Part shown: one piece after another, positions 47,577-55,841 of the stretch
Position numbering within the stretch: position 1 is the stretch's first letter
How the letters are laid out: the number at the start of each line of letters is the position of its first letter
Source: an uncultured Bacillales bacterium
Lineage (GTDB): Bacteria > Bacillota_I > Bacilli_A > RFN20 > CAG-826
Direction of reading: 5' to 3'
Length of the DNA: 64,000 nt
Assembly: GCA_946414655.1 (NCBI GenBank)
Contig: CAMKPL010000002.1
Location: 133,765-197,764 of the forward strand
Position numbers and translations under genes: made by a program
The notes under the pieces: generated by a model
Told to the model about the DNA's origin: nothing
Databases searched by the model: none
What the model saw: only the letters and a program-made list of their open reading frames with translations

Positions 47577-48160
47577 TTTAGTAAAATTATTTGATGAGAA
47601 AGGCGTCTTATGAGATGCCTTTTTTCTAATTTTGAAATAAGACGAGACAAAGTCTCACGTTCTAAATGGACACTTTGTGCAAGAGTGGTGATGCTCTTAA
47701 ATGAAATTTGTCCTTTGTTAGATTGAAGGTAGAACAGAAAACGTTCCTCAGCACTTTCTAAAGACAAAAGTTTGATATGGTGGTTCAAACGTTTCACAAA
47801 ACTCGATTCAAGTTTCATATATTCCTCAAAAAACTGCGGATCTTTCATAAGATTTTTAAACTCTTCTTTCTTTATAAGAAAGATTTGACTATCATCAATT
47901 GTCGTAACGTTGCCTTTAAATTTGTTATCTTCTCCAAAAACAAGATGTACGCCAAAGAAGTCGTTAGGTTTAATTTCGTTATAAACAATCTCGGTCCCTT
48001 TAAAGGAGTACGACTGAATACGAATAAAGCCAGATTTAACTAATCCAACATAATGACATTCTTCTCCTTCATGAAAAAGAACCATTCCTTTAGGAAAAGA
48101 TTTTGTCGTGTATCCATGTTCTTCCAAAATTTGTATAAAAGTCATAATTTCGTGATTCAA
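47573..48160 (-). CDS. Crp/Fnr-family transcriptional regulator (TTG start in track; an alternative ATG lies 5 codons in).
   Basis: cNMP-binding beta-roll '[24 protein letters not shown]'. C-terminal HTH '[17 protein letters not shown]'. Confidence 0.7.
   Translation of the reverse strand: MNHEIMTFIQILEEHGYTTKSFPKGMVLFHEGEECHYVGLVKSGFIRIQSYSFKGTEIVYNEIKPNDFFGVHLVFGEDNKFKGNVTTIDDSQIFLIKKEEFKNLMKDPQFFEEYMKLESSFVKRLNHHIKLLSLESAEERFLFYLQSNKGQISFKSITTLAQSVHLERETLSRLISKLEKRHLIRRLSHQIILLN
47597..47628. terminator. Bidirectional terminator between the convergent genes deoB and the crp/fnr-like gene
   Basis: AAGGCGTCT-tatg-AGATGCCTT flanked by T-runs on both strands. Confidence 0.55.
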
Positions 48161-48177
48161 ATCACATTTTAATTAAA

Positions 48178-48195
48178 TCATATAAAGTATGATGT
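48178..48195. promoter_or_regulatory. Palindrome ATCATA-N5-TATGAT in the short divergent intergenic region between the crp/fnr-like gene and the ABC operon; candidate operator.
   Basis: Inverted repeat seen directly. Located immediately upstream of the SBP start codon. Confidence 0.3.
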
Positions 48196-49108
48196 GTCTA
48201 TGAAAACAAAGAAATTATTTTTACTCCCAGCACTCCTTCTAGCTGGCTGCTCTATCGATAGTCAGGAAAAACTATCCATTCTTACTCCAACGGGCGCTCC
48301 AGCGGTCGTTTTTGCATCGTTTTTAAACGATTCTAACTTCAAAGTCATTGATCAACCAGCGAATATTATTGCCCAAATGGTCAATGAAAATGTCGATATC
48401 GCTGTTTTACCAACAAACGTCGGAGTTCAGCAAATTGCAAAAGGTCTCAAGTACAAAATTGCTTCAACAATCACATTTGGAAACCTATTTATTTGTTCGA
48501 CTGGACTAGATGAAGACGGCGTTATGGGTGATGACGATTATATCGTCTCATTCCAGGAAAATGCTGTTCCAGACAAAATATATAAGGCTGTTTATGATGT
48601 AGCAGTTGATTATTACGCAACAAATGCCCAAGAAGCTGCAAAGTGTTTAAAACTAAAACGCGATGTTGTGAATAGCAAAGATGTTGATTATGTCTTAATG
48701 GCTGAACCAGCTATTAGCAAACAAGAATCTATCGGAACTGACTTTAGCATTTATGCTAATCTTCAAGAACAATATCAGACGAAGTACGATAATCAACAAA
48801 TCTTTCAAGCCTCAATTTTTGTTCGTGATTCATTATCTCATGAGCAAGTTGATCCTTATTTAGGTCGTATTAAATCCTATGTTTCTTCCTTAAAAGCTAA
48901 TCCTTCTCTTTTAGAGAATGCAAAACAATTAGACCCAAACGCCGAAACAACTTTAGGAATTGATATTGCAGCAACTGTGGCGGCAATTAAAAAAGATAAT
49001 GCCATCGGTATCGGTTATGAAGTTGCCTATGAACACAAACACGAGATTGATACATTCTTAAAAATCTTTGGCATGACGGAGACTAATGAAGAAATTTATT
49101 ACAAATAA
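48194..49108 (+). CDS. ABC transporter substrate-binding lipoprotein, NMT1/THI5-like/NitT-TauT-type fold; specificity unknown.
   Basis: Lipobox 'LLLAGCS'. GTG start in track. 304 aa. Confidence 0.6.
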   Translation: MSMKTKKLFLLPALLLAGCSIDSQEKLSILTPTGAPAVVFASFLNDSNFKVIDQPANIIAQMVNENVDIAVLPTNVGVQQIAKGLKYKIASTITFGNLFICSTGLDEDGVMGDDDYIVSFQENAVPDKIYKAVYDVAVDYYATNAQEAAKCLKLKRDVVNSKDVDYVLMAEPAISKQESIGTDFSIYANLQEQYQTKYDNQQIFQASIFVRDSLSHEQVDPYLGRIKSYVSSLKANPSLLENAKQLDPNAETTLGIDIAATVAAIKKDNAIGIGYEVAYEHKHEIDTFLKIFGMTETNEEIYYK

Positions 49109-49862
49109 GTATTTCTTAATTTTTTCAGGAATAGTTTTACTATTTGGACTGTGGTTTTTAGCAACGCTTATCTTTGATAAGAACTCAATGATTTTTCCAT
49201 CTCCGATTGTTACTTTTGATGCATTAATTCAACTTTTAGGGGTTGGCTATACATATCAATGTTTAGCTTATTCTGTGCTGAAGATGTTGATCGGATTTGG
49301 ATTGGGATTTATTGTGGCGTTTATTCTCGCACTTATTGTGCGTGATAATGACCATTTGTACACATTATTCTCACCAATCATTACAGCCTTAAAAGCCATT
49401 CCAACAGCAGCGATTGTCTTTTTGTTCGTTGTTTTAGTGGATGCCGAATATGCTCCATGTTTTCTTGTAATGATTTTATCATTACCAATCTTATATGAAT
49501 CGCTTGTTAACGGTATGAGAAATATTGATCCTCAAATTCTTGATGCTGTGAAAATCGATGGTGGTAAAGGAATACAAAAGCTCTTTCGTGTTCAACTACC
49601 TTTAGCGCTCCCATATCTGCTTGTCGGTATCATTTCGTCGTTTTCTCTATCTTTTAAGATAGAAATCATGTCTGAAATTGTTACCGGATATACACGTAAC
49701 GGTTTAGGAAGTTTGATTAAATCTGTGCAAATCAATGACCCAACAAATATGGCAGCCATTTTTGCATATTCTTTAATCGCAATTATATTGATGATCATTG
49801 TTTCTATTCCGGCATCTTACTTAAGAAATAAAGTGGCAGTGAAAGCTGGAATTAGTAGATAA
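49086..49862 (+). CDS. ABC transporter permease (binding-protein-dependent, TauC/SsuC-like). No cognate ATPase gene is adjacent.
   Basis: 6 TM helices. EAA-like loop 'KIDGGKGIQKLFRVQLP'. Overlaps the SBP gene. Confidence 0.65.
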   Translation: MKKFITNKYFLIFSGIVLLFGLWFLATLIFDKNSMIFPSPIVTFDALIQLLGVGYTYQCLAYSVLKMLIGFGLGFIVAFILALIVRDNDHLYTLFSPIITALKAIPTAAIVFLFVVLVDAEYAPCFLVMILSLPILYESLVNGMRNIDPQILDAVKIDGGKGIQKLFRVQLPLALPYLLVGIISSFSLSFKIEIMSEIVTGYTRNGLGSLIKSVQINDPTNMAAIFAYSLIAIILMIIVSIPASYLRNKVAVKAGISR

Positions 49863-49882
49863 TTAGTAGTTGTTATCCACTC
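49852..49882 (+). repeat. Site b of the TTAGTAG 11-mer repeat motif (TTAGTAGATAA-TTAGTAGTTGT), overlapping the permease stop codon and abutting the DnaA-box-like TTATCCACT.
   Basis: The two 11-mers are identical to the two 11-mers found at site c. Confidence 0.55.
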
Positions 49883-49934
49883 ATTTATATGTGGAAAAGT
49901 CCTAGTTCAGGGCTTTTTCTTTAGTTAATTGATA

Positions 49935-49975
49935 TAAAGGAAATAAATAAAAAAGAACGATTAATTCGCTCTTTC
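49935..49975 (-). terminator. Probable rho-independent terminator (minus strand) after rsfS
   Basis: On the minus strand: AAGAGCG-aauuaau-CGUUCUU (one G-U pair) followed by UUUUUUAUUUAUUU. Confidence 0.4.
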
Positions 49976-50011
49976 TTGGTATTTGGTTAACATAATATCT
50001 ATTATGCGAAG

Positions 50012-50338
50012 TTATCTCTTTTTCGGACTTTCTAAAACTTGCTCAATGGAAACTCTCTCGCGTTCTTCTTTGGAGAAAATATTCACAATAACATGATAAG
50101 CATCGATCAAAATCCATCCAGATTCTGGAGTTCCTTCTTTGTGCGAGTAATTGACTTTCTTTTCCTCGAGCTTATCGATGATAGCGTCAGCCAATGCTCC
50201 GAGTTGACGAACGTTTGTCGCTGAACAAAGAACATAATATTCCGCGAAAGGCGTTCTTTCTGAGACATCAATTACTGAAATATCTTCTGCTTTATGATCA
50301 GAAAGAACTTTTTTAACCATTTGAACAACTTTATCCAT
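50012..50338 (-). CDS. rsfS: Ribosomal silencing factor RsfS (YqeL/Iojap)
   Basis: 108 aa. 'DKKAEDI...IDV...FADYFVICSGTS'-type pattern ('AEDISVIDVSERTPFAEYYVLCSATN'). Confidence 0.85.
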   Translation of the reverse strand: MDKVVQMVKKVLSDHKAEDISVIDVSERTPFAEYYVLCSATNVRQLGALADAIIDKLEEKKVNYSHKEGTPESGWILIDAYHVIVNIFSKEERERVSIEQVLESPKKR

Positions 50339-50340
50339 TG

Positions 50341-51444
50341 TTAATCTCCTAAATACATTTTAAAACATTCGTCTGTCAGACGATTTTTAATATCTTTAGC
50401 ATGCGCAAGTAAATACTTGCGGTTATCTTTCAAAGTATCTAAAAATCCTTGTTTCCAGTTTTTCATGCACGAATTAATTAAAAAACGAGAATCAAATTGG
50501 CGAGTTGGTTCGATTTTGTCTGCGGCATAGACCACCATTCCAAGTTCACTCATATTTGCGCAGCCTGTGCAATGGAACTTCACCGCATTAAGAATCTCTT
50601 TGTCTTTGATATGGAAATCGTTTATTAAAATATATTCACCAATAAATTGGTGATAAGCAAAACGAGGCATATCTAAATAATCTTTGTATTTTTCCTTCAT
50701 AACTTTTTCAGGATCAATTTTTCCATAGCTTGCGAGTTTACCAATATCGTGGAATAATCCGGTAAAGTAATACTTTGCAGGATTTGGAAGATTATTAACC
50801 ACCGCAATTTGGTATGCTAACTTTGCGACTTCGATGGAGTGGTTTAATCGTTTTTCATCAACATATTCGCTAACTTTCTTTACATAGTAAAGACGATGCT
50901 TTTCAATATAGTTTAAAACTTCTTTTGGAAGATCAAGAGACATCCCTAAACGAACTGCAGTTGAACTAACTTCACCGCTTTCTAAATAGTTCAGATTAAT
51001 CATGTTGTATTTGTAAACAATATCTTCGCTGATAAGAACACCTGGTCTAGGAACATAGACAATCTGTGTTAGTCTTGATAGTAACTCAGCATCCTTCCAT
51101 TCTGGGAATTTATTAACCTGGTCTCCACCAATTAAAAGGTAGAGTTTTGATTTTGGGTATTTCTTATAGAAATAACTAACGGTATCAATTGTATAATTCA
51201 CTTCACTTGTGGATTTCAGTTCATATTCGCTGATTTGTGACCCGGCAGGAGCGTATAGGCGAAGAACTAGCTTCATCATTTTTAAACGGTCTTCACCACT
51301 GGCCTCGCATTCTTTCCATCGTGGAGAACGTGCCGGCACGAAAATGACGTCTGCGTTTAGCTTAAGCGATGCAGCACGCGCAATCCGAAGATGACCATTA
51401 TGGATTGGATCAAATGATCCACCGTAAATGATGTAATTAGCCAT
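50341..51444 (-). CDS. nadD: Fusion protein: nicotinate-nucleotide adenylyltransferase NadD (N-terminal) + HD-domain hydrolase YqeK (C-terminal)
   Basis: 'YGGSFDPIHNGHL' (H/T)xGH motif and 'SSTAVR' at the NadD end. HD motif 'GLFHDIGK' in the C-terminal half. 367 aa total. Confidence 0.8.
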   Translation of the reverse strand: MANYIIYGGSFDPIHNGHLRIARAASLKLNADVIFVPARSPRWKECEASGEDRLKMMKLVLRLYAPAGSQISEYELKSTSEVNYTIDTVSYFYKKYPKSKLYLLIGGDQVNKFPEWKDAELLSRLTQIVYVPRPGVLISEDIVYKYNMINLNYLESGEVSSTAVRLGMSLDLPKEVLNYIEKHRLYYVKKVSEYVDEKRLNHSIEVAKLAYQIAVVNNLPNPAKYYFTGLFHDIGKLASYGKIDPEKVMKEKYKDYLDMPRFAYHQFIGEYILINDFHIKDKEILNAVKFHCTGCANMSELGMVVYAADKIEPTRQFDSRFLINSCMKNWKQGFLDTLKDNRKYLLAHAKDIKNRLTDECFKMYLGD

Positions 51445-51447
51445 TAA

Positions 51448-52605
51448 TTATTTGGTTAAGACCTTTGGTCTTGACGAATAAATCGCCACTCCTTTTGGAA
51501 TGCAGATACGGAATGTTTGGTTCGCGGCTTTAAAGTTGATCCAACCTAAACCTTGAACACCAATATCACGATAGTTACTTTCAGTAATTGTAATTTCAAA
51601 GACGTCTAAATCATGCCCAGAGTGAATTCTAGGAAGTGATGGTACAAGACGTTTACGTAAAACAGATTGAATAAATTTCTCATCGACATGTTGTCCGGTA
51701 ATCTTTTTTAATTCAACATGGTCGTGGAAATAGCATTTAAACTCGGTTTTCTTGCCTTTTAGGAGTTGGATGTAGCCAATTCCACCAAAGCAGAGAACTT
51801 GGCCTTCCTCGAGGCTTACTTTTTTGGCCTCAACGGCCTTGGTTAGATAGATTTGTTTAAGTGTGGCCTTGTCGAGGTTATAAAGAATCGAGTTATTAAT
51901 GGAAAGTCCTGGAGCATCATATAATGATGTTGTTCTAGAAAGAGGAATCTCCATAACTGATAATTTTGTTTTTGGATATAGATGTGTAGAGATAGTTCCT
52001 TTACTCATATTTGAGTAAACACGAAGGAACGATTGAACAAGAGTGGTTTTACCACTCATCGAAGCTCCGACAACGTAGACATCTCTTCCGTTGCGGAGTT
52101 CGTATATTCTTGAAAGAATATGTTTAGCGTTTTCATCGGTTGTTGCGGTTGCTAAAACAACATCGTCCTTGGTTAATTTAATTCCTGATGCACGGAAACG
52201 ATGGGCGACATATTCTTTGGTGTCTTCTTCGGTGCATGTTGGTGGCAAAAGGTCAAATTTGTTACCGACAACTAAAATATCCATACCTTGGATAATCGCG
52301 TTGATTTGGAGAGAGAAACTTGCTTCAAAAGAGAAGAGGTTTACTACGTAAACAAGAAGAGCGTTTTTACGTTTTGCATCCATGACAAACTTCAGATAGT
52401 CTTCACTGACTTCTGGTTCGTTGGATTTGTTGCGATAACGTTCGAGTTCGAAACAATGGTCACAGAACAAAAAGTTTTGTGATGCGTTTTCGAGTGTTTC
52501 TTTCTTAACGTAACCTTCTTTTGTTGGGTCTTCGCTTTGTAAGACTGCGCCGCAACTATAGCAGCGACGAATTTGAGAAATTTTTGCCATTATCTTTCCC
52601 TCCAA
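51448..52605 (-). CDS. yqeH: Ribosome-biogenesis GTPase YqeH (circularly permuted, N-terminal Zn finger)
   Basis: N-terminal 'CYSCGAVLQ...CDHCF' zinc ribbon. Permuted G motifs 'NKFDLL' (G4) before 'GASMSGKTT' (G1). Confidence 0.8.
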   Translation of the reverse strand: MEGKIMAKISQIRRCYSCGAVLQSEDPTKEGYVKKETLENASQNFLFCDHCFELERYRNKSNEPEVSEDYLKFVMDAKRKNALLVYVVNLFSFEASFSLQINAIIQGMDILVVGNKFDLLPPTCTEEDTKEYVAHRFRASGIKLTKDDVVLATATTDENAKHILSRIYELRNGRDVYVVGASMSGKTTLVQSFLRVYSNMSKGTISTHLYPKTKLSVMEIPLSRTTSLYDAPGLSINNSILYNLDKATLKQIYLTKAVEAKKVSLEEGQVLCFGGIGYIQLLKGKKTEFKCYFHDHVELKKITGQHVDEKFIQSVLRKRLVPSLPRIHSGHDLDVFEITITESNYRDIGVQGLGWINFKAANQTFRICIPKGVAIYSSRPKVLTK

Positions 52606-53111
52606 TCAATTAATTTGCCTTTTCGTTTTAAATGACGACGAATTGGGCGATCAAACAAGCGGTTAAAGTGGGTTGTTGGTTGGTCTTCCTTAACAATTTT
52701 ATCTGTGAGAATACATAGTATTCTAGCACGATTCGCTGAAGCAATATCCGTGACCGTTTGATCACCAATCATCACCGCTGTTTTTAAATCAATTTGTGCT
52801 TCTTTTAGTTTACGAATCAGCTTTCGAGCAAATGGTTTGCCCACTGCTGAGGCATATCTAACTCCGAGAGCATTAGCGTATTCTTGGACACGTTTGCCAG
52901 TGTTATTAGAGATGATGAATAACTCAATCCCATTTTCTTCAAGAAGCTGCTTAAATGAAACAACATTTGCGCTCGGTGTTTTTGTTTTATACGAATCTAG
53001 AGTATTGTCTAGATCCGATAAAACGGTCTTAATCCCATGCTTTTTATAAAAATCAATTTCGATTTCGAATATTGATTTCGCATGAGCATAAGGAGTGTAA
53101 ACTTTGCACAT
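52590..53111 (-). CDS. yqeG: HAD-superfamily phosphatase YqeG
   Basis: 'VLSDLDNTL' DxD motif, 'IISNN', 'MIGDQTVTD'. Confidence 0.75.
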   Translation of the reverse strand: MCKVYTPYAHAKSIFEIEIDFYKKHGIKTVLSDLDNTLDSYKTKTPSANVVSFKQLLEENGIELFIISNNTGKRVQEYANALGVRYASAVGKPFARKLIRKLKEAQIDLKTAVMIGDQTVTDIASANRARILCILTDKIVKEDQPTTHFNRLFDRPIRRHLKRKGKLIDWRER

Positions 53112-53169
53112 ATCTTAATTATACACATTCTTTAGTTAACTAAAAGTGAGAATAATTCGCATATGTATG

Positions 53170-53202
53170 AAAAAAACGCTGATTTCGCAGCGTTTTTTGT
53201 TA
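53170..53202. terminator. Terminator after parC (minus strand) and upstream of yqeG
   Basis: AACGCTG-atttcg-CAGCGTT flanked by A/T runs. Confidence 0.55.
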
Positions 53203-53215
53203 ATTTTGGAGTTAA

Positions 53216-55840
53216 TTAGTCATCCAGAATATCGTCATCAAAGATGGAGATTTGGGTATAACCTTTTTCCTCTTCTTCCTTAATTTCTTCTAAAGAAGCT
53301 TCTTCTTTTTCGCTATGTTTAGAGAACTCTGGAACTTCTTCTTTTTTAACATAGTGAGAAACGATTTTATCATCCACAAATTCGCTTGATTCAACAAATG
53401 GCGTAATTAAGCGAATTTTGGCGCTCATTTCGACACTTTGTTTAGCGTATCGATCCATTGGAGTGAGATGATAATCATCCACGACAATGTCACGAATCTC
53501 CTGCATGTTGTCTAAGAAACGAATCGCATTCGATTCTTCTTCCTTGTTAAGCTTGAAGGCGTAAACAAGTTCATGGACATCAGATTTAAATGATTTAAAG
53601 ACACATGAAGAGTGGCCTAAACGAGAGGTTAATTCGGTCTTTTCCACATCATAAATTCTGACGCAGGCTTTATTGGTAATAACAACGACTTTTCCTTTGG
53701 TGTTATACTTTGGATAAGCAAGGACATTTACGATGTGTGCTTTACCTAGTTTAGCAAACGATTTTACACCACCACTTCGCATGCCACTTGTTGGTAGTTC
53801 ATTTTCGTTAAACATTGTTGAATTTCCGTCACTAGTGAAGAGGACTAAATTAGAATCTCCATCAGTTAATGTGACGTCAGCTAATTCATCATCCTGGAGT
53901 AATTTGATGCAGATTAGTGGTTTAGAATAACGTACAACTTGGAAATCTGAGACTGGAAGTCGTTTAATTTGCCCGTTTTTAGTGACAAGAGCAAAGAATA
54001 GGTCACTTCTAAACGTATCTATCGCATATGCACGCACTATTTTTTCATTAGGATTTAAAGAAATTAAATAGTTAATGTGACGACCTTCTTCTTTCCACTT
54101 ATTTTCTGTTAATTGGTGCACTGGAATATAAAGAAAGTTACCTTCATTTGTAAAACAAATGAGGTAGTCAGTTGTGTAAACTTCTCCATTATAAACAAGG
54201 ACGTCTCCTGCTTTCATACCTGGAAGTGGGTTTTCACCACTTGAACGATATGATTTTAAGGAGGAATATTTCATATAACCATCTCGAGTAATCGCGAGCT
54301 TAACAAGTTCTTTGCTAATTAAATCACGTTTATCAATGGCTATTGATTCATGTTTATCGACAATTTGTGTTTTTCTTTCGTAGCCATATTTTTTGGAGAT
54401 TTCACGAAGATCACTAATAAGTAGACGATTAAGTTTATTTCTGTCTTCAAGAATTCCTTTTAGGAATTCGATTCTCTCTTCTAATGATTTTTTCTCATTT
54501 AAAAGAGTTGTGATGTCGGTGTTAGACAACTTATAAAGTTGTAACATGACAATCGCTTCAGATTGAGCTTCACTAAAACCGAATTTTTCTTGTAAATTCT
54601 TCTTCGCATCCGCTTTATCTTTCGATTTTCTAATTAAATCAACGACTTCATCAAGAATCGAAATGGCTTTGATTAAACCGTCAACGATATGCAGACGTGA
54701 TTGGTTCTTATTGAGCTCAAAATTTGAGCGTCTTGTGATGACGTTAACTTGGTGTTCAATATAACAATCAATGAAATCTAAAAGATTCATTGTTTTTGGT
54801 GAACCATTAACAATCGCGACCATGTTCGCCGAGTAGGAAGAACGTAATCCAGACTTACTTAAAAGGTATTGATGAATAACGTCAATATTCGCTTCTTTTT
54901 TGACATCGATAACGATGCGTAAACCTTGTCGATCAGATTCATCACGAACTTCAGCAATACCTGGTAAAACATTGTTGTGTCGGAGCATATCGATCTCATG
55001 AACAATGTCAATTTTGACTGCTTTATATGGAATTTCGGTGACGATAATTTTCTTTTCTTTTTCCGTATTAATCACTTCGGTTTTTGAGAGAATTTCGATT
55101 CTTCCTCGACCCTCTAAATAGATGTCTTCAAGACCCTTTGAACGGATGATTAAACCACCGCCTGGAAAGTCTGGTCCGGGAACAAATTGGAGGAGGTCTT
55201 TTGGTTCAACTCGGACGTGATTAATGCGATAAATTATTGCTTCAATAACCTCTTTGAGGTTATGTGTTGGGATTTCTGTTGCCATACCAACAGCGATACC
55301 TTCACTACCATTAACAAGTAAATTTGGAAAGCGAGAAGGCACAACAACCGGCTCAAAATTTTCATCATCAAATGTGAGCGCCATGTCGACTGTATCTTTA
55401 TCAATATCGCGGATCATTTCTTCAGCGATTTGACTGAGCCTGGCCTCGGTATATCGATAAGCAGCAGGACCATCTCCATCGATGGATCCGTTGTTACCTT
55501 GGAAGTCAATTAATGGGTTATTTACTTTCCATGTTTGGCTCATACGAACAAGAGCTTCATAAATGGAGCTATCACCATGTGGGTGATAAGTACCCATCAC
55601 AGCACCAACTGTGTGTGCACATTTTCTTGTTGGACGAGTGAAAATATTGCCATCTTTGTACATGGCATAAATGATTCTTCTTTGAACTGGTTTTAAACCA
55701 TCTCGAGCATCTGGAATCGCACGATCTTGGATGACATATTTGGCGTAAGTCGCATAGCGACTTCCCATAATCTCTTCCATCGTCTCATGATGGATGTTTT
55801 CGATGATTTCGACTGGTTGAACTTCTTTTTTCTTCGCCAT
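53216..55840 (-). CDS. parC: DNA topoisomerase IV subunit A (ParC, GyrA paralog) with an acidic C-terminal tail
   Basis: 'DGLKPVQRRI', active-site 'AAYRYTEARL'. C-terminal beta-pinwheel. Follows parE and lies opposite plsY, as in streptococci/bacilli. Assignment as ParC rather than GyrA rests on context. Confidence 0.75.
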   Translation of the reverse strand: MAKKKEVQPVEIIENIHHETMEEIMGSRYATYAKYVIQDRAIPDARDGLKPVQRRIIYAMYKDGNIFTRPTRKCAHTVGAVMGTYHPHGDSSIYEALVRMSQTWKVNNPLIDFQGNNGSIDGDGPAAYRYTEARLSQIAEEMIRDIDKDTVDMALTFDDENFEPVVVPSRFPNLLVNGSEGIAVGMATEIPTHNLKEVIEAIIYRINHVRVEPKDLLQFVPGPDFPGGGLIIRSKGLEDIYLEGRGRIEILSKTEVINTEKEKKIIVTEIPYKAVKIDIVHEIDMLRHNNVLPGIAEVRDESDRQGLRIVIDVKKEANIDVIHQYLLSKSGLRSSYSANMVAIVNGSPKTMNLLDFIDCYIEHQVNVITRRSNFELNKNQSRLHIVDGLIKAISILDEVVDLIRKSKDKADAKKNLQEKFGFSEAQSEAIVMLQLYKLSNTDITTLLNEKKSLEERIEFLKGILEDRNKLNRLLISDLREISKKYGYERKTQIVDKHESIAIDKRDLISKELVKLAITRDGYMKYSSLKSYRSSGENPLPGMKAGDVLVYNGEVYTTDYLICFTNEGNFLYIPVHQLTENKWKEEGRHINYLISLNPNEKIVRAYAIDTFRSDLFFALVTKNGQIKRLPVSDFQVVRYSKPLICIKLLQDDELADVTLTDGDSNLVLFTSDGNSTMFNENELPTSGMRSGGVKSFAKLGKAHIVNVLAYPKYNTKGKVVVITNKACVRIYDVEKTELTSRLGHSSCVFKSFKSDVHELVYAFKLNKEEESNAIRFLDNMQEIRDIVVDDYHLTPMDRYAKQSVEMSAKIRLITPFVESSEFVDDKIVSHYVKKEEVPEFSKHSEKEEASLEEIKEEEEKGYTQISIFDDDILDD

Positions 55841-55841
55841 C

